Source: Clostridia bacterium
Lineage (GTDB): Bacteria; Bacillota; Clostridia; Christensenellales; CAG-138
NCBI GenBank assembly: GCA_017619735.1
Contig: JAFZRT010000015.1
Coordinates: 64,357-128,356 of the forward strand
Reading direction: 5' to 3'
DNA length: 64,000 nt
This document shows positions 1-8,194 of the stretch, one piece after another. The notes beneath the pieces were generated by a model. It ran no database searches, had not been told where the DNA came from, and worked only from the letters and a program-made list of their open reading frames with translations. Numbering within the stretch: the stretch's first letter is position 1; every line of letters begins with the position of its first letter. Both the position numbers and the translations under genes were made by a program.

Positions 1-588
1 GACCGGATAGACGGTCGATCCGCGGCCGATAACGGAGCCGGGATTCAGCACGGAATTGCAGCCGATCTCCACGTTGTCGCCAAGTATCGCGCCGAATTTC
101 TTTCTTTCGGTGTCTATGAGCTCGCCGCCGTTCTTTACCACGACGGGCGACCTGTCGCTCTTGACGTTGGAGGTGATGGAGCCCGCGCCCATATGCGCCT
201 TGTAGCCGAGCACGGAATCGCCCACGTAATTGTAATGCGGGACCTGCACGTTATCGAAGAGCACCACGTTCTTGAGCTCGACGGAGTTGCCGACTACGCA
301 GTTTCTCCCGACGAAAGCGCTGCCCCTGATGAACGCGCAGTGCCTGACCTCGGCGTTATGATCGATTATGCAGGGCGGCGCTATATAGGCGGAGGAGAAC
401 ACGGTCGCGTCCTTCGCTATCCACACGCCCTCCTGCGGAGAATCGAACTCGTCCCTGGGGAGTTTGGGGCCCAGTTCGAGTATGAAATCCTTGATATCGT
501 CAAGCGCCTCCCAGGGGTATGTCCTGCCCTCGAAAAGCGCGGCCGCCCGTGTTTGGCTGAGATCCAGCAGATCCTTTGTCTTGTACAT
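1..588 (-). CDS. Hexapeptide-repeat (left-handed beta-helix) acyl/acetyltransferase, GlmU C-terminal-like; 3' end lies beyond the window
   Basis: Not in the ORF track because it is cut by the window edge. My minus-strand translation from the ATG at 588 reads MYKTKDLLDLSQTRAAALFEGRTYPWEALDD...IIDHNAEVRHCAFIRGSAFVGRNCVVGNSVELKNVVLFDNVQVPHYNYVGDSVLGYKAHMGAGSITSNV, which shows the typical [LIV]-G-x4 hexapeptide periodicity. It starts 34 nt downstream of glmM on the same strand. Confidence 0.6.
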   Translation of the reverse strand, partial: MYKTKDLLDLSQTRAAALFEGRTYPWEALDDIKDFILELGPKLPRDEFDSPQEGVWIAKDATVFSSAYIAPPCIIDHNAEVRHCAFIRGSAFVGRNCVVGNSVELKNVVLFDNVQVPHYNYVGDSVLGYKAHMGAGSITSNVKSDRSPVVVKNGGELIDTERKKFGAILGDNVEIGCNSVLNPGSVIGRGSTVYPV

Positions 589-622
589 TTCGTTTCCTGT
601 CCCGGCCGATCGGCCGAAAGTA

Positions 623-1975
623 TTATTTGATGGCTATTAGCATTCCCTTTTGGCGCATTACGTCGATGACCTCGTCGACCTTCGCTTCGCAAAGCTCGTG
701 GGTCGGCGCCTCCACCATTACACGGAGCACGGGCTCGGTGCCGCTCTTGCGAAGGAGTATCCTGCCGTTGCCGCCAAGCTCCGCCGTCACGCGGTCGACC
801 GCCTGCTTAACGTCGGGATCGGCGAGAGTCGCGTCCTTGTCTGTGACCTTGACGTTCTTCAGCACCTGCGGATAGATCTCCAGATCCTCGGTCAGGGCGG
901 AAAGACTCATCTTCCTGTCCTTGAGGACCTGCATTACCTTTATCGCGGTGATAAGACCGTCGCCCGTGGTGGCGTATTTGCCGAAAATGATGTGGCCGGA
1001 CTGCTCTCCGCCGAGAATATGTCCGTTGGCCCGCATGTTTTCGTAGACGTATTTGTCGCCGACGGCGGTCTTCTCATACGAGATCCCGCATGCGTCGAAC
1101 GCCTTGTAAAGGCCGAAATTGCTCATAACGGTCGTTACGACGGTGTTGTTCGTGAGCGAATCCTTCATCTTCATTCGGCGGGCGCAGATATAGAGTATCC
1201 CGTCGCCGTTGACTACTTCGCCGTGTTCGTCGACCGCGAGGCACCTGTCGGCGTCGCCATCGAAAGCAAAGCCGATATCGAGGTGCTTTTCACGCACGAG
1301 GCGCTGCAGGTTTTCTATATGGGTCGAGCCGCAGTCACGGTTGATGTTCATGCCGTCGGGGCTGTTGGCGATGACGTGGGTCTCTGCGCCGAGCGCGTCG
1401 AAAACGCTCTTAGCAATGGCCCATGTGGAGCCGTTGGCGCAGTCAAGTCCTACGCGCATGCCCTTATAGGAATGCGTCGCAAGGGAGATTATGTAGCCGA
1501 TATAGCGGTTGCGGCCCGCGGAGTAATCGATGACGCGGCCGATGCGCTCGCCCGTGGCGTAGGGCGGCTCGGGAAGAGCGCCGTCGAGATACTTTTCTAT
1601 CTCGTTTATGACCTCCTCCTCCATCTTTTCGCCCTTGGAGTTCAAAAGCTTTATTCCGTTGTCGTGATACGCGTTATGGCTGGCGGAGATCATTATTCCG
1701 CAATCGAACTCATCCGTGCGGGTGATATAGGATACGCTGGGGGTCGTCGTGACGTGCATGAGGTACACGTCCGCGCCGGAGGCCGAAAGGCCCGCCGTGA
1801 GGGCGCATTCGAACATATAGCTTGAAAGCCTCGTGTCCTTGCCGATGACTACGCGGCACTCGCGGTCCCTCTCGAAATAGTGGCCGAGAAAGCGGCCGAT
1901 CCTGAACGCGTGGTCGACGGTGAGGTCGACGTTGGCTTCGCCGCGGAAGCCGTCGGTACCGAAATACTTGGACAT
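623..1975 (-). CDS. glmM: Phosphoglucosamine mutase
   Basis: 450 aa. N-terminus MSKYFGTDGFRGEAN and phosphoserine loop SASHNAYHDNGIK are typical of GlmM. Confidence 0.95.
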   Translation of the reverse strand: MSKYFGTDGFRGEANVDLTVDHAFRIGRFLGHYFERDRECRVVIGKDTRLSSYMFECALTAGLSASGADVYLMHVTTTPSVSYITRTDEFDCGIMISASHNAYHDNGIKLLNSKGEKMEEEVINEIEKYLDGALPEPPYATGERIGRVIDYSAGRNRYIGYIISLATHSYKGMRVGLDCANGSTWAIAKSVFDALGAETHVIANSPDGMNINRDCGSTHIENLQRLVREKHLDIGFAFDGDADRCLAVDEHGEVVNGDGILYICARRMKMKDSLTNNTVVTTVMSNFGLYKAFDACGISYEKTAVGDKYVYENMRANGHILGGEQSGHIIFGKYATTGDGLITAIKVMQVLKDRKMSLSALTEDLEIYPQVLKNVKVTDKDATLADPDVKQAVDRVTAELGGNGRILLRKSGTEPVLRVMVEAPTHELCEAKVDEVIDVMRQKGMLIAIK

Positions 1976-2040
1976 TTTCTGCTCCTTCCGCCGCCGCGGG
2001 ATAACGCGGCGGGAAATAGATTGTTATCCTTCAACAGATT

Positions 2041-2069
2041 ATTATAGCACAGAGCGCCGCATCATGCAA
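2041..2069 (-). promoter_or_regulatory. Sigma-A-type promoter candidate for glmM
   Basis: Minus strand reads TTGCAT (2069-2064), a 17-nt spacer, then TATAAT (2046-2041). It is followed by a GC hairpin and the GGAAGGAG RBS. Confidence 0.4.
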
Positions 2070-2093
2070 CTGCGCCGCCCGAAATACAAATTA

Positions 2094-2122
2094 TTGAATT
2101 ATCGGACGGAATGGTTTACAAT
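2094..2122 (+). promoter_or_regulatory. Sigma-A-type promoter candidate for the S11-like gene
   Basis: TTGAAT (2094-2099), 17 nt, TACAAT (2117-2122), about 50 nt upstream of the ATG at 2171. Confidence 0.4.
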
Positions 2123-2170
2123 AAAAGGCGTACAAAACGCCTTCCCAAGAAATCATATAAAGGATCTATC

Positions 2171-4285
2171 ATGAAGCGATTCATTTCCGTTCTTGCCGCC
2201 CTGATCATAATGACGTGCGTATTTACCCTCCCGAAAGCCGAGGGCATGACGGACGCCCTGCCCCCGCTTGCCCCGATAAAGGGCGTAGAGGATATCGGCT
2301 CCGCCCGCGCGGTGCTGATGGATCTTGACACCGGCGCGGTCATCTACGAAAAGAACAGCGACGAAAGGGCCGTTCCCGGCTCGCTCACAACGATAATGAC
2401 GGCGCTCCTCCTCATCGAGGACACAGCGGCCGGCGATTGGGACACGCCTCTGCCCGCGCTGAAGGCGGTCAACTCCACATGGACGAGCCGCGGCGCGCAG
2501 ATGGGGCTGCAGAAGGGCGATACACCGACGAGGCGCGACCTGCTCTATGCTCTGCTGCTGCAGGGCTCGGCCGACGCGGCGTACGTTACCGAGATGCTCG
2601 TTTCGGGGAGCGAATCGGATTTCGTCGACGGCATGAACAAAAAGGCCGCCGAGCTCGGCATGACGGAGACCAATTTCGGCAACGGCTACGGCCTCGGCGC
2701 GGGCAATCACTACACCTGCGCGCACGACCTTGCATTGCTCGTCCGCCGCGCAATGCAGAACGACATGTTCAGCATCGCCGTCAAGACGAAGGATTTCACC
2801 TGCTCCGCCGGAGCGAGAGAGATACGGCTTTCCAACACGAACGAGATGCTTGGCAGCGGCGGCTGCATCGGCGTAAAGTCCGGCTCCGACAGCGAGAAGG
2901 CGCACTGCGTTATAGAAGCTGTCGAAGCGGGCTCACTGCGGCTCTGCGCGATAGTGCTCGAAGCGTCCTCCGACAGCATGGCGATGAGTCTTGCCGAAAG
3001 GCTGATCGCGGCAGGAGTATCCTCCTACGCCTCCGAGGGCGGCTACTTCCCCACCACCCCGACCAACGCATACTTTATCGCCGTGCGCGATCTCGACCTC
3101 AAATCCCCGAGCGGCGGTTCCGCACGGGTAAGCGAGGGCGAGGGCATGCGCGTCTGCGGCTCCTTTGCCGAGCCGAACGGCGATATAAAATACTGCGTTT
3201 TCCATCAGGGCAGCTTCTACTGGGCGAAGGCCGAGGACATGGCTTTCGTTTCCTTCATCGACGACATATTCATTGAGAACGGCGAGGCGCTCTCCCGAGA
3301 GGTGCTGACCGCCGACTCCTTCGATATAACGACATACGCCGTATCCCGCCACCTGATAAAGAACGTCTCCGTCACGCTCCGTCTGCCGGACGGAACCGCG
3401 GTGCTCACATCGTCCCATGCGCCGAACGCGCACGGCTTATGCGAAATGTCCGGAACGAGCTTCGCAGAGGGTTTTGAGTCACGCCTTCTTTCCGAAGGCC
3501 TTTACTACTGCACTGTAGAGATCACGGCGGAGGCCTTTGTTCAGGGCTGCGAGCCCAAGGAGATCGTGAAGACCAATTCCAGCATTCTCGCCGTGGGAAC
3601 GGGCGGCGAGGTCGTCTCCTACAACGCCAACGCGGGCGAGAACGCGCCCGAGGGCGAATGCTTCTTCGACAGCTTTACGATACCCTCCGACGTGCCCTTA
3701 CGCACGGGTTACGATTTCATCGGCTGGAACGCCCTGCCCGACGGCACAGGCGCCGCATACATGCCCTGCGATACCGTTGCATACGACGGTTCGCTGACGC
3801 TTTACGCGCAGTGGAAGCCCGCCGCGAGCCATTGGACCGTGGAGGTCACGGCGCTCTACGATACCGGACTGCAGCTTGAAGGCACGGTGCGCAATCCCGC
3901 CGGCATCACCTCTCTGCGGTTGGAGGTCATCACGGGAACGGAGACCGTTTACGACTACATCGTCGCCTGTCTTGCAAACGAGGCGGAGCCCGGCAGGCTG
4001 CTCCTCCCCCATGCGGTGCTGCTTGAAAAGGGTGAGCACACCGTGAGACTTTACGGCTCGGCGGGCGGAGAGGAGGAGCTTCTTTCGGAGCAGAAGGTCG
4101 AGGTCAGCCGCGAGGAAGCGGCGAAAACTCCCATCCCCTCCGAAACGGCGAGGCCGACCGACACGGCTCCGAAAAAGCCGTTCATCAACCTCGGCGCGGT
4201 GCCCATCGTGGTCTGGTTCATATTGGGCGCGGTCGTCGTGGCTGTGCTCATAGCGCTTATGGTAATGATAATCAAGCGCGGATAA
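2171..4285 (+). CDS. Membrane-anchored D-alanyl-D-alanine carboxypeptidase (peptidase S11/PBP5) homologue with degenerate catalytic motifs, a Listeria-Bacteroides-type repeat and a C-terminal TM helix
   Basis: I moved the start to MKRFISVLAAL (ATG 2171, AAAGGA RBS), which gives a signal-peptide-like N-terminus. The S11 fold is recognisable. The SxxK position reads SLTT (2381-2392), the SxN position reads SAD (2567-2575), and the third motif is KSG. The segment YDFIGWNALPDGTGAAYMPCDTVAYDGSLTLYAQW is a Flg_new/InlB-B-type repeat. The C-terminus VVWFILGAVVVAVLIALMVMII is a TM anchor. Confidence 0.8.
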   Translation: MKRFISVLAALIIMTCVFTLPKAEGMTDALPPLAPIKGVEDIGSARAVLMDLDTGAVIYEKNSDERAVPGSLTTIMTALLLIEDTAAGDWDTPLPALKAVNSTWTSRGAQMGLQKGDTPTRRDLLYALLLQGSADAAYVTEMLVSGSESDFVDGMNKKAAELGMTETNFGNGYGLGAGNHYTCAHDLALLVRRAMQNDMFSIAVKTKDFTCSAGAREIRLSNTNEMLGSGGCIGVKSGSDSEKAHCVIEAVEAGSLRLCAIVLEASSDSMAMSLAERLIAAGVSSYASEGGYFPTTPTNAYFIAVRDLDLKSPSGGSARVSEGEGMRVCGSFAEPNGDIKYCVFHQGSFYWAKAEDMAFVSFIDDIFIENGEALSREVLTADSFDITTYAVSRHLIKNVSVTLRLPDGTAVLTSSHAPNAHGLCEMSGTSFAEGFESRLLSEGLYYCTVEITAEAFVQGCEPKEIVKTNSSILAVGTGGEVVSYNANAGENAPEGECFFDSFTIPSDVPLRTGYDFIGWNALPDGTGAAYMPCDTVAYDGSLTLYAQWKPAASHWTVEVTALYDTGLQLEGTVRNPAGITSLRLEVITGTETVYDYIVACLANEAEPGRLLLPHAVLLEKGEHTVRLYGSAGGEEELLSEQKVEVSREEAAKTPIPSETARPTDTAPKKPFINLGAVPIVVWFILGAVVVAVLIALMVMIIKRG

Positions 4286-4299
4286 TGTAATAAAGGCAT

Positions 4300-4340
4300 G
4301 CCGCCTCCCGTAACATAGAACGTAGGGAGGTGGCTTTTTT
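4300..4340 (+). terminator. Intrinsic terminator-like hairpin after the S11-like gene, overlapping the cwlD initiation region
   Basis: GCCGCCTCCC (4300-4309) pairs with GGGAGGTGGC (4325-4334), with one G-U pair, and is followed by TTTTTT (4335-4340). Confidence 0.6.
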
Positions 4341-5079
4341 GCGCAGACCACGTTTTGATAAAAAGAAGATAGCAGATTTTGCTCTGTCGCTCCTTGTGCT
4401 TGCAGGGACTTTGTGCCTCGCATGGATGGGGCTGACCGAAAAGCGAACGCTTCCGGCTTCCGCCTCGCCGGGGATCACGCTCGGCGACATACCCGACGAC
4501 GCATGCGTTATCATAATCGACGCGGGCCACGGCGGGTTCGACGGAGGCGCAGTCGGAACGGAGACCGGCGCCATTGAGGCGGAGCTCAATCTCTCGATAG
4601 CGAAAACGCTCGCCGACGAGCTCACGAAAAGCGGTTTTTACGTCATAATGACAAGGAGCGGCGACGGCGCGCTCGGCGATACCAAGAGCGAGGACATGAA
4701 GGCGCGCGGCGAGATAATCGGCCTGGAACGCGCGGACGCTGTGGTCAGCATCCACATAAACAAGTTCCGCGACCGCACGGTGTCCGGGCCCATGGTGTTC
4801 TACATGAAGGGCTCCGAGGCGGGAAAGTCGCTCGCGGACTCTATAATGTTCAGTCTATGCGAAAAGCTCGGGCGGGCTCCCCGTTACACCAATCCCGAGG
4901 ATCTGTTCGTGCTGCGCGTGCCCAAAGCGCCTTCGGTGCTGATCGAATGCGGGTTCCTGTCCAACGCCGCCGACGAAGCGCTGCTCGTAACTCCCGAGCA
5001 CAGGGAGAACATCGCTAAAGCCGCGGCGGAGGGCATAAAAAACTATTTTGCGCAAATGAAAAGCGGCGATCCCCGATAA
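4330..5079 (+). CDS. cwlD: N-acetylmuramoyl-L-alanine amidase, CwlD-like (germination-specific cortex amidase)
   Basis: N-terminal TM helix, then IIIDAGHGGFDGGAVG, NLSIAKTLADEL, VSIHINKF and ECGFLSN (amidase_3 signature). Size and architecture match CwlD. The start is uncertain: GTG 4330 abuts the SD GGGAGG, while TTG 4339 has better spacing. Confidence 0.75.
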   Translation: MAFLRRPRFDKKKIADFALSLLVLAGTLCLAWMGLTEKRTLPASASPGITLGDIPDDACVIIIDAGHGGFDGGAVGTETGAIEAELNLSIAKTLADELTKSGFYVIMTRSGDGALGDTKSEDMKARGEIIGLERADAVVSIHINKFRDRTVSGPMVFYMKGSEAGKSLADSIMFSLCEKLGRAPRYTNPEDLFVLRVPKAPSVLIECGFLSNAADEALLVTPEHRENIAKAAAEGIKNYFAQMKSGDPR

Positions 5080-5093
5080 AGGGCCGCCGCTTT
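5060..5093. terminator. Hairpin between the convergent cwlD and serpin genes
   Basis: AAAGCGGCG (5060-5068) pairs with CGCCGCTTT (5085-5093), and the cwlD stop codon lies in the loop. A T-run follows on the minus strand, so it fits best as the serpin terminator. Confidence 0.45.
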
Positions 5094-5103
5094 ATTTCAT
5101 CTG

Positions 5104-6372
5104 TTATTTACCGACGTCGGTCAGCGCGCCGATGAAGAACGGAAGGTTCGTCTCGCAGTCTATGAGCATATAGACGAACGGGCGATCGAGTATGACCTCT
5201 TTGATATCCTCTATGAACATCGCGCTGTCATTCATCTCCACTACCGTCGCAGCGCCCGCTCTGGTGCCGCGCTCGCCGACCTCGATAAATGTCTTGTGCA
5301 GTACGCGGTTGATGTAGATGTTCCCCGCGGTCGAGGTGCCGAGGTCGGTGAAATCGGCTCCGAACGTATCGAATGCAAGGGGCATGCCCATCGAAGCAAG
5401 GAGGTCCGCCATATTGGAACTGTACTTCGTCTCGAACTTCGGGATGGCGGTTTGGACCTTAGTTTCAACGGGATCGGAGAGCATGGCGAGGAGTTTTCCA
5501 CCGTCGAGAGAAGCGATATAATCGGATATGCTCACTCCCTCGTTGGGCAGCAGAGCGGCGAAAGCGTATTTTCCTCCCTTATAGGGCTTTATGAAGCCCT
5601 TCGCAAGATCGTCGGCAATGAATCTCGATTCGCTGCCGTGCATGAAATCGACGCTCGTCTTAGTGCCGTCCTCGGCCGTGAAATCGCCTTTCCAAACATC
5701 TGTGCTGCGATAGACGCTGGGCCATTCCGCCTCGAATGCAAGGGCGTTGACGAGGTACATCACCGCAGAGTCGCGGTCGATCTTATCGAGGATCTCCGGT
5801 ATCATGCCGTGCGTCTTCAGCTTGACCCAGTTGTTGATGTCGCGCAGAGTGGTCCCGTCGAAAGGCGCGCGGTAGATATCCGCCGCGAAATGATCGGCAT
5901 TCTTCTGAAGGAAGGCCTCGTTCACGGTAAATCGAGGATCGTCCGTGAACCAGATCGAATTTGCGATGTCGATATTGGTCGTGTCGTCGTTTTTGAGCTT
6001 GGGTATGTATTGTGTAAAGAAATCGTTGAGCTCCTCCACGCTCATTCCGAGGACCTCCTCCATCTGACTGCGGGTATCCCCCTTGGCTCCGTTCGCTGTC
6101 ATGGCGAGCGCGCTCATCACCGAGAGCGGGGACATGAGAACGTTTTCTCCGTTTTCATAGCCCGCCTTGAAGAGGCGCACTGCGAAATCCGCCGCCTTTT
6201 TCGAAGAGGAAGCGAAATCGAATACGATCTCCTCCTTTTTGGCGGGTTCGATACCGGACATAAGATCGTTCGCCTTAACCTCGGGAGTGCATCCCATGAC
6301 CTCCGCGGCAACAGCCGCAAGCATTATCACGGCGAGCGCCGTGCGGATCATTCCCTTAACCGTCTTTTTCAT
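5104..6372 (-). CDS. Serpin-family protease inhibitor, predicted lipoprotein
   Basis: 422 aa. Signal peptide with lipobox (AAEVMGC). Serpin core motifs are recognisable (NVLMSPLSVMSALAMTANGAKGDT, FNRPFVYMLID-like DRPFVYMLID). AAAGGAG RBS. Confidence 0.85.
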   Translation of the reverse strand: MKKTVKGMIRTALAVIMLAAVAAEVMGCTPEVKANDLMSGIEPAKKEEIVFDFASSSKKAADFAVRLFKAGYENGENVLMSPLSVMSALAMTANGAKGDTRSQMEEVLGMSVEELNDFFTQYIPKLKNDDTTNIDIANSIWFTDDPRFTVNEAFLQKNADHFAADIYRAPFDGTTLRDINNWVKLKTHGMIPEILDKIDRDSAVMYLVNALAFEAEWPSVYRSTDVWKGDFTAEDGTKTSVDFMHGSESRFIADDLAKGFIKPYKGGKYAFAALLPNEGVSISDYIASLDGGKLLAMLSDPVETKVQTAIPKFETKYSSNMADLLASMGMPLAFDTFGADFTDLGTSTAGNIYINRVLHKTFIEVGERGTRAGAATVVEMNDSAMFIEDIKEVILDRPFVYMLIDCETNLPFFIGALTDVGK

Positions 6373-6412
6373 ATTGCTCCTTTCGTTCGTGCTTTCGCCA
6401 AACTACATATTT

Positions 6413-6967
6413 TCAGTCCTTTTTTTCTTCGATACCGAGGATCGTTTTGAGTTTCGTTATCGCTTCCGCGTCCATGGGATAAAACTTCCCTGTCCGTGCA
6501 TCCCGGAGTCCGCCGGACATCAGCAGATATTCGTGCCTTCCGTCTTCGGCGGAAACGAGCACTATCGAGATCTCGTCGCCGCAGCTGTCGGAAGTGTTGT
6601 CGTTCGAACCTTCGATATCCTTACCGACTGCGGATTCGATCAGCTCCGCGGCTTCCTTCACGCTGTCGGGATCGGTGATCTCGTTATCCGGGCCCAACAC
6701 ACCGCCGTAAAATAATGAAGAATAACCGGAATACGCCGAGTCTGTATCGATCCCGCCTATCGCGCCGTGAGGATGACCTTCAAAGGCGTTATCGGCGCCG
6801 GAACGGAAACCGCCGATGATCCCCTTAAGCGCGAAGGAACCTGCGATCAGGAACACCGCGAGCCCCGAGCAGACGGACAGCGCTCTCCTGCGGCGGGTCT
6901 TTATAGCCCGTCGCTTTTCATCGGCCCTTTGAAGGACCTCCCGAGTGTAATCGTCGATGTCTCTCAT
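6413..6967 (-). CDS. Putative anti-sigma factor: single-pass membrane protein coupled to the ECF sigma factor
   Basis: Its ATG overlaps the sigma gene stop (ATGA at 6964-6967). It has a short charged N-terminus, one TM helix (LSVCSGLAVFLIAGSFAL) and an extracytoplasmic C-domain. No zinc-binding HxxxCxxC motif was seen. Confidence 0.5.
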   Translation of the reverse strand: MRDIDDYTREVLQRADEKRRAIKTRRRRALSVCSGLAVFLIAGSFALKGIIGGFRSGADNAFEGHPHGAIGGIDTDSAYSGYSSLFYGGVLGPDNEITDPDSVKEAAELIESAVGKDIEGSNDNTSDSCGDEISIVLVSAEDGRHEYLLMSGGLRDARTGKFYPMDAEAITKLKTILGIEEKKD

Positions 6968-7506
6968 TGCCTGTACGCCTCCTCTCCCAAAAGATCCCGC
7001 AGTTCCTTTTTCGCGCGGTAGAGAAGATTATCGATCTGCTTTCGATTCTTCCCCATCACCTTCGCCGCTTCGTCATAGCTCATTTCCTCGAAATAGACGA
7101 GATGCACGGCGACGCGCATTTCCCCGGGGAGCCTGCCGAGCGCCGCGTTCAGCTCGCGCCGGCTCTCATCCTCGAGCACCCTTGCTTCAAGATCCCCGTC
7201 AGTCGCGGAGCAATCCTCCGAAAGCTCGGTGAAGTCTATTACCTTCCTGTGCCGGAGCAGGTCCAGCGCGCGGCTTTTCCCGCGCATGAAGAGATAGGTC
7301 TTCAGCGAGGATCTGAAATTGTACCTGTGCCGGTGCACGAAGAGATCGCTCATGACGTCCATGGCGATATCCTCCGCCGCGTGAACGTCCCTGACGTAGC
7401 GGTCCACGAAGAACACGAGGCTGTAAAACAGCTCGTCCATTATGTCGCGGACGGCGCTCTCGTCGCCGTCAAGGAAACGGCGGTAGCTACTTGCGCCGTT
7501 ATCCAT
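6964..7506 (-). CDS. RNA polymerase sigma-70 factor, ECF subfamily
   Basis: I moved the start to MDNGASSYRRFL (ATG 7506, AAGGAGG RBS). A region 2-like segment (YSLVFFVDRYV...AEDIAMDV) and a region 4 HTH (EMSYDEAAKVMGKNRKQIDNLLYRAKKEL) are present. Confidence 0.85.
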   Translation of the reverse strand: MDNGASSYRRFLDGDESAVRDIMDELFYSLVFFVDRYVRDVHAAEDIAMDVMSDLFVHRHRYNFRSSLKTYLFMRGKSRALDLLRHRKVIDFTELSEDCSATDGDLEARVLEDESRRELNAALGRLPGEMRVAVHLVYFEEMSYDEAAKVMGKNRKQIDNLLYRAKKELRDLLGEEAYRQ

Positions 7507-7629
7507 ATCTGCCTCCTTTGAAGGTCCCGCGTCCGTTCCCTTCACATATTATACGGACGGGGCGGCCGATCTCCTTAAAGATTTTTCGGAAAAGGGAGAC
7601 GCCCTTTCGAACGCCCCCCGATCATACGT

Positions 7630-8193
7630 TTATTGCTTTTTCAGAAGCCCGCCGAGAAGTATGAAATGCTCCGGCAGGCGGCCGTTTTCGGCCCAGAGGA
7701 CTTCCTCGCCCAGCACCTGCGTTATGCATTTCAGCACGTCGCCCCCCAGCGACTCTACCGACCAGCGCATTTTGCGGGGATTTCTGCAGCGTTCCCCGTG
7801 CGGCCGCGTACATTCGGCGCAGAGGCCGCATCCGCCGGCCGACAGTGCGAGACTGTGCGGAGTTTCCCGCTCCATGGCGTAAAGCTCGTCCATCAGCCGA
7901 TCCTTGACGGGCGTCAGGAGCTCGTTATAAGCTTTCGCAAGCTCGTCGGCCGAGTGATGCTTCTCCCTCATGCTTTCGGGGACAAAGACCTTTTTTGCAT
8001 AGAGCTCAATGCTCTTGTACCTGCTCCAAACCCCGTTCGGATCGAAGGAATACGGCGGGCAGGCCCAGGTCTTTCCGTAGCCGGGGCACTGTGCGCAGCA
8101 CGCTTCGAATCTTTCGACGTCGACGAACGAGGCGATGAACTCGTCCATCGGCAGCTCGGCTGTGAGGGTTTCGACCTTTATATCCCCGTCCAT
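7630..8193 (-). CDS. DUF2284-family predicted metal-binding protein
   Basis: I moved the start to MDGDIKVE (ATG 8193), 1 nt after the patatin stop. It carries a Cys-rich signature CAQCPGYGKTWACPP plus CGLCAEC. Confidence 0.7.
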   Translation of the reverse strand: MDGDIKVETLTAELPMDEFIASFVDVERFEACCAQCPGYGKTWACPPYSFDPNGVWSRYKSIELYAKKVFVPESMREKHHSADELAKAYNELLTPVKDRLMDELYAMERETPHSLALSAGGCGLCAECTRPHGERCRNPRKMRWSVESLGGDVLKCITQVLGEEVLWAENGRLPEHFILLGGLLKKQ

Positions 8194-8194
8194 A

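Noticed and set aside
193-630. 145-aa plus-strand ORF at the left edge.
   Set aside because: The opposite strand encodes a clean hexapeptide-repeat transferase with a start at 588. The plus-strand product has no motif.
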